Shown piece after piece: positions 36,644 through 36,779 of a stretch of 36,779 nucleotides of DNA. The position numbers and the translations under genes were made by a program. The notes below the pieces were generated by a model that was given only the letters and a program-made list of their open reading frames with translations, did no database searches and was not told the DNA's origin. Source of the stretch: a virus. Each line of letters starts with the position of its first letter. The first letter of the stretch is position 1. Where the stretch lies: UHGV virus genome UHGV-0182470, one strand, 5' to 3'.

Positions 36644-36779
36644 TCAGAACGACCAGTTCACACCAGCTACCCCGTTCCACGGGGATTCCACACCGGCACC
36701 ATGGCTATACCCCACCCCAAGATGCCCGCTTAACGTACTGCTGAATGAGGCTTTAATACCTGCCTGGTATATTCCACGT
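36644..36779 (-). CDS. Host gene 3' end, beta-barrel outer-membrane-protein-like C-terminus (partial)
   Basis: Minus-strand frame open to the window edge, ending ...GVGYSHGAGVESPWNGVAGVNWSF-stop; aromatic-X-Phe terminus typical of beta-barrel proteins. Confidence 0.4.
   Translation of the reverse strand, partial: RGIYQAGIKASFSSTLSGHLGVGYSHGAGVESPWNGVAGVNWSF

Noticed and set aside
36462-36680. 72-aa minus-strand ORF spanning attR and the host terminator
   Set aside because: Runs through the att core and a terminator hairpin and overlaps the better-supported host ORF in another frame; likely non-coding.

Overview
Almost the whole window is one ~36.4 kb P2/186-family (myovirus-type) prophage inserted into the 3' end of the host tmRNA gene ssrA. 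It is bounded by 46-bp direct repeats at 35-80 and 36439-36484; only ~300 bp at the right end is host DNA (3' end of a minus-strand beta-barrel-like ORF plus terminator). Gene order from attL: BRCT-domain cargo gene, ogr, D-U-T-E/E'-FII-FI (tail), a Hin/Gin-type invertase with a ~1.5 kb invertible tail-fibre segment, H-I-J-W-V (fibre/baseplate), an AT-rich DUF262 cargo gene, S-R-lysC-lysB-K-Y-X-L-M-N-O (tail completion, lysis, head), P-Q (terminase, portal), an AT-rich accessory island either side of a putative cos site, A-dam and small early genes, a 186-type cII/apl-cI/int switch, and a membrane-protein cargo gene next to attR. All calls are by eye from the translations and sequence, with no database searches run. 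The main hunt results are five AT-rich accessory loci at phage hotspot-like positions: the DUF262 protein between S and V, a split zinc-ribbon ORF plus HNH nuclease, a 342-aa unknown, a toxin/immunity-like gene pair, and the membrane protein by attR. Also noted are a LexA-boxed small-gene/dinI-like operon and the canonical E/E+E' frameshift.
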